Assembly (NCBI GenBank): GCA_963717505.1
Contig: OY970342.1
Coordinates: 2,752,001-2,816,000, forward strand
DNA length: 64,000 nucleotides
Direction: 5' to 3'
Source of the DNA: Candidatus Eiseniibacteriota bacterium
Lineage (GTDB): Bacteria; Eisenbacteria; RBG-16-71-46
Made by a program: the position numbers and the translations under genes. Numbering within the stretch: the stretch's first letter is position 1; each line of letters starts with the position of its first letter. Shown here piece after piece: positions 61,275-64,000 of the stretch. A model generated the notes under the pieces. It was not told where the DNA came from. It worked only from the letters and a program-made list of their open reading frames with translations, and did no database searches.

Positions 61275-61723
61275 CGACTAACCCTGCGCGGCGCCAGCAG
61301 TCTCCAGCGCGCAAGCCCACGAAGTCGCGCCTCCTCTCAGGCGGTAACCCTCAAATCGCGAAGGCCGACGGCGACGTCCCCTTACAGGCCTACATCGCGG
61401 CCATGCCGGGCTGGAAACGCGACGTCGGGCACCGCCTCGACGCGCTTATCGTGCGCAACGTGCCCAAGGTGCGCAAGGCCGTGAGGTGGAACTCGCCCTT
61501 CTATGGCATCGAGGGCCAGGGCTGGTTCCTCAGCTTCCATTGCTTCACGAAGTACATCAAGGTGGTGTTCTTCCGCGGCTCGTTGCTGCGTCCACTCCCG
61601 CCCGTCGAGTCCAAGGACCCAAACACGCGCTACTTCCACATCCACGAGGACGACCGGCTGGACCAGAAGCTCGTGGCGAGTTGGATCAGACAGGCATCGG
61701 AGCAGCCTGGCTGGGTCCCGTAG
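61271..61723 (+). CDS. DUF1801 family protein
   Basis: LLSGGNPQIAKADG, VRWNSPFYG, WIRQAS..PGW. Confidence 0.8.
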   Translation: MTTNPARRQQSPARKPTKSRLLSGGNPQIAKADGDVPLQAYIAAMPGWKRDVGHRLDALIVRNVPKVRKAVRWNSPFYGIEGQGWFLSFHCFTKYIKVVFFRGSLLRPLPPVESKDPNTRYFHIHEDDRLDQKLVASWIRQASEQPGWVP

Positions 61724-61845
61724 CGCCGGCGATGCCCAGCCCGATGTCAAGGCTGGTGCTTGAAACGCCGATGGAATGGAGGGTGGACGACAGGCGCACA
61801 CTGCGCCGGTCCGCGCGGCACGGTTGGCGCGTATCGGGAGGATGT

Positions 61846-62349
61846 ATGGCTGCCTGCGGTTACTGCGGAACATCGATCCTGTTCGGCGGGACGCGCGACG
61901 GTGACGTTCGCTTCTGCAACCCGAAATGCCAGAAGAAGGGAGTGGTCGCGTCGGTCGCTGGGCATGTGCCGGAGGCGATCGTCCGGGAACAGGTGATGCA
62001 GGTGTTTCGGGGCTTGTGCCCAAAGTGCGGTGGCAGCGGGCCCGTAGACGTCCACACGAGTCACCGTGTGTGGTCCGCTCTGATCGTCACGACCTCGAGC
62101 AGCCGACCGCACGTCGTGTGCAAGCCGTGCGGTGCGAGGGCGCAGCTCGGCGATGCGGTGTTCTCGTTGATCCTGGGATGGTGGGGATTTCCGTGGGGCG
62201 CGATCATGACGCCCGTGCAGTTGTTCAGGAACATCGCCGGCCTCTTGCGCTCGAACGAGCAGGCTGCACCATCCCTAGAGCTGGCGCGTCTTGTCAGGCT
62301 CCAGCTCGCCGCGGACGCCATCGCGGCTCACCAGGAACGAGCCGCCTGA
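61846..62349 (+). CDS. Hypothetical Zn-ribbon membrane protein
   Basis: CGYC, CNPKC, CPKC, CKPC; LGWWGFPWG hydrophobic segment. Confidence 0.7.
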   Translation: MAACGYCGTSILFGGTRDGDVRFCNPKCQKKGVVASVAGHVPEAIVREQVMQVFRGLCPKCGGSGPVDVHTSHRVWSALIVTTSSSRPHVVCKPCGARAQLGDAVFSLILGWWGFPWGAIMTPVQLFRNIAGLLRSNEQAAPSLELARLVRLQLAADAIAAHQERAA

Positions 62350-62494
62350 CACATCTGGCGGCATACGATCCCAGGTTGCTCGGCTGACAAGCCTCCAGTC
62401 CGCCGCCGCAATCTAGTGGGGATTGCCTCCAACGCCCTTCGGCGGCTAACGTTGCCGCAATGGACGCACCATCCCCAGCCCCGGAGGCGCCGAC

Positions 62495-64000
62495 ATGGGT
62501 AACGCTCGCATCCTCGTTCCGGCCACGGTGTGCCTGGTGGCGACCGTGATGGCAGGCAGTAACCAGTCCTCACACGCCGCGCGCGGCAACGCCACCCGCT
62601 CACCCGTGGTCGCCGAGCACGGCATGGTGTGCGCCGCCCAGCCGCTCGCGGTCCAGGTCGGGGTCGACATCCTCAAGGCCGGCGGCAGCGCAGTCGACGC
62701 CGCGATCGCGGTCAACGCATGCCTGGGACTCATGGAGCCGACCGCCAACGGCATCGGCGGCGATCTGTTCGCGCTGGTGTGGGATCCCAAGTCCAACAAG
62801 CTGGTCGGGCTCAACGCTTCGGGCCGAGCACCCATGGCACTCACCATCGACAAAGTGAAACCCGACTCGGCGGACGGCACCATCCCCGAGTACTCGCCCT
62901 ACGCGTGGAGTGTTCCGGGTTGTGTGGACGGCTGGGTCGAGCTGCACAAGAAGTTTGGCGTCTCGAGTGGAAGGAATGCTCGAGCCCGCCGATCGCGCTA
63001 CGCGGAAGAGGGATTCCCGGTGTCGCCGGTGATCGGCGGCGACTGGGAACGTGCGCTCAAGCGCTTCGCCGACAAGCCCGGCTTCAAGGAAGTGTTCATG
63101 CCCGGCGGCCGTGCACCGCGCGAGGGCGAGCGCTTCAAGAACCCGGCACTCGCGCGCACGCTGCGGCAGATCGCCAAGGGTGGACGCGACGCCTATTACA
63201 AGGGATCGATCGCCGATGCGATCGTCGCGTTCTCCAAGCAGCACGGCGGCTTCTTCGCCAAGGAGGATTTCGCCAAGCATCACTCGACCTGGGACGCGCC
63301 GATCTCCACCACCTATCGCGGCCACACGGTGTGGGAGCTGCCGCCGAACGGCCAGGGACTCGCCGTGCTCCAGATGCTCAACCTGCTCGAGGACTACGAT
63401 CTCAAGTCGATGGGGCGGAACTCGCCCGACTTCTGGCACCTGCTGGTCGAGGCGAAGAAGGTCGCGTTCGCCGATCGCGCGCGCTACTACGCCGATCCCG
63501 AGTTCGTGAAGGTGCCGATCGAGGAACTCATCTCCAAGGACTTACGCCAAGGAACGCGCCAAGCTGATCGACATGGCAGCACGCCGCGCAGACCGACGCC
63601 GCCGGCGAAGTCGCGGCCTCGAACCAGCGCGAGACTACGTTCCTGTGTACCGCCGACGAAGACGGCATGATGGTGTCGCTGATCCAGAGCAACTACACCG
63701 GCTTTGGCTCCGGCTACTGCGTGCCCGAGCTGGGCTTTGGCCTTCAGAATCGTGGCGCCCTGTTCTCGCTCGATCCCGCGCATCCCAACGCACTGAAGCC
63801 GGGCAAGCGTCCGTTCCACACGATCATCCCGGCGTTCGTCACCAAGGATGGCGTGCCGCTGATGGCGTTCGGCCTGATGGGCGGCGACATGCAGCCGCAG
63901 GGGCACGTGCAGGTCCTGGTCAATCTGGTCGACTTCGGAATGAACCTGCAGGAGGCCGGAGACGCGATTCGCTTCCACCACATCGGGTTCGACCGAGCCG
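62495..64000 (+). CDS. ggt: Gamma-glutamyltransferase (3' partial, frameshifted)
   Basis: GGSAVDAAIA, GIGGDLF, PPNGQG, ETT..., SLIQSNY, KRPFHTIIP, GGDMQPQG. Confidence 0.92.

Overview
High-GC bacterial window with no rRNA, tRNA or CRISPR array seen. Secreted proteins carrying FlgD-Ig/T9SS-like 'PNPF' C-terminal domains suggest an FCB-group organism such as Ca. Eisenbacteria (inference). In order, it contains: ccmC-D-E-F (CcmE has CxxxY); a DUF6504-like/dinB/DUF72 operon with an operator-like palindrome in its promoter; a 144-bp-repeat beta-propeller protein; a heme-copper oxidase operon whose subunits lack the canonical K-proton-channel residues; fba/fbp; an hcrCAB-like molybdoenzyme with XdhC/MocA; arylsulfatase, map, kynureninase-like, thyX and fdhD genes; a histidine kinase with a REC-PP2C partner; an intact IS1202-type IS with a 17-bp target duplication; two HD-GYP genes; an FHA/HEAT-Ser/Thr-kinase/PilT/PilT operon; a LytS/TPR/TonB-receptor/LytTR operon whose membrane sensor domain is duplicated on a neighbouring PP2C phosphatase; pdxH; an acyl-CoA dehydrogenase; a run of small accessory genes; and a partial ggt. 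Many conserved genes carry frameshifts that are most likely assembly indels. All family assignments come from motif recognition by eye, not from database searches.
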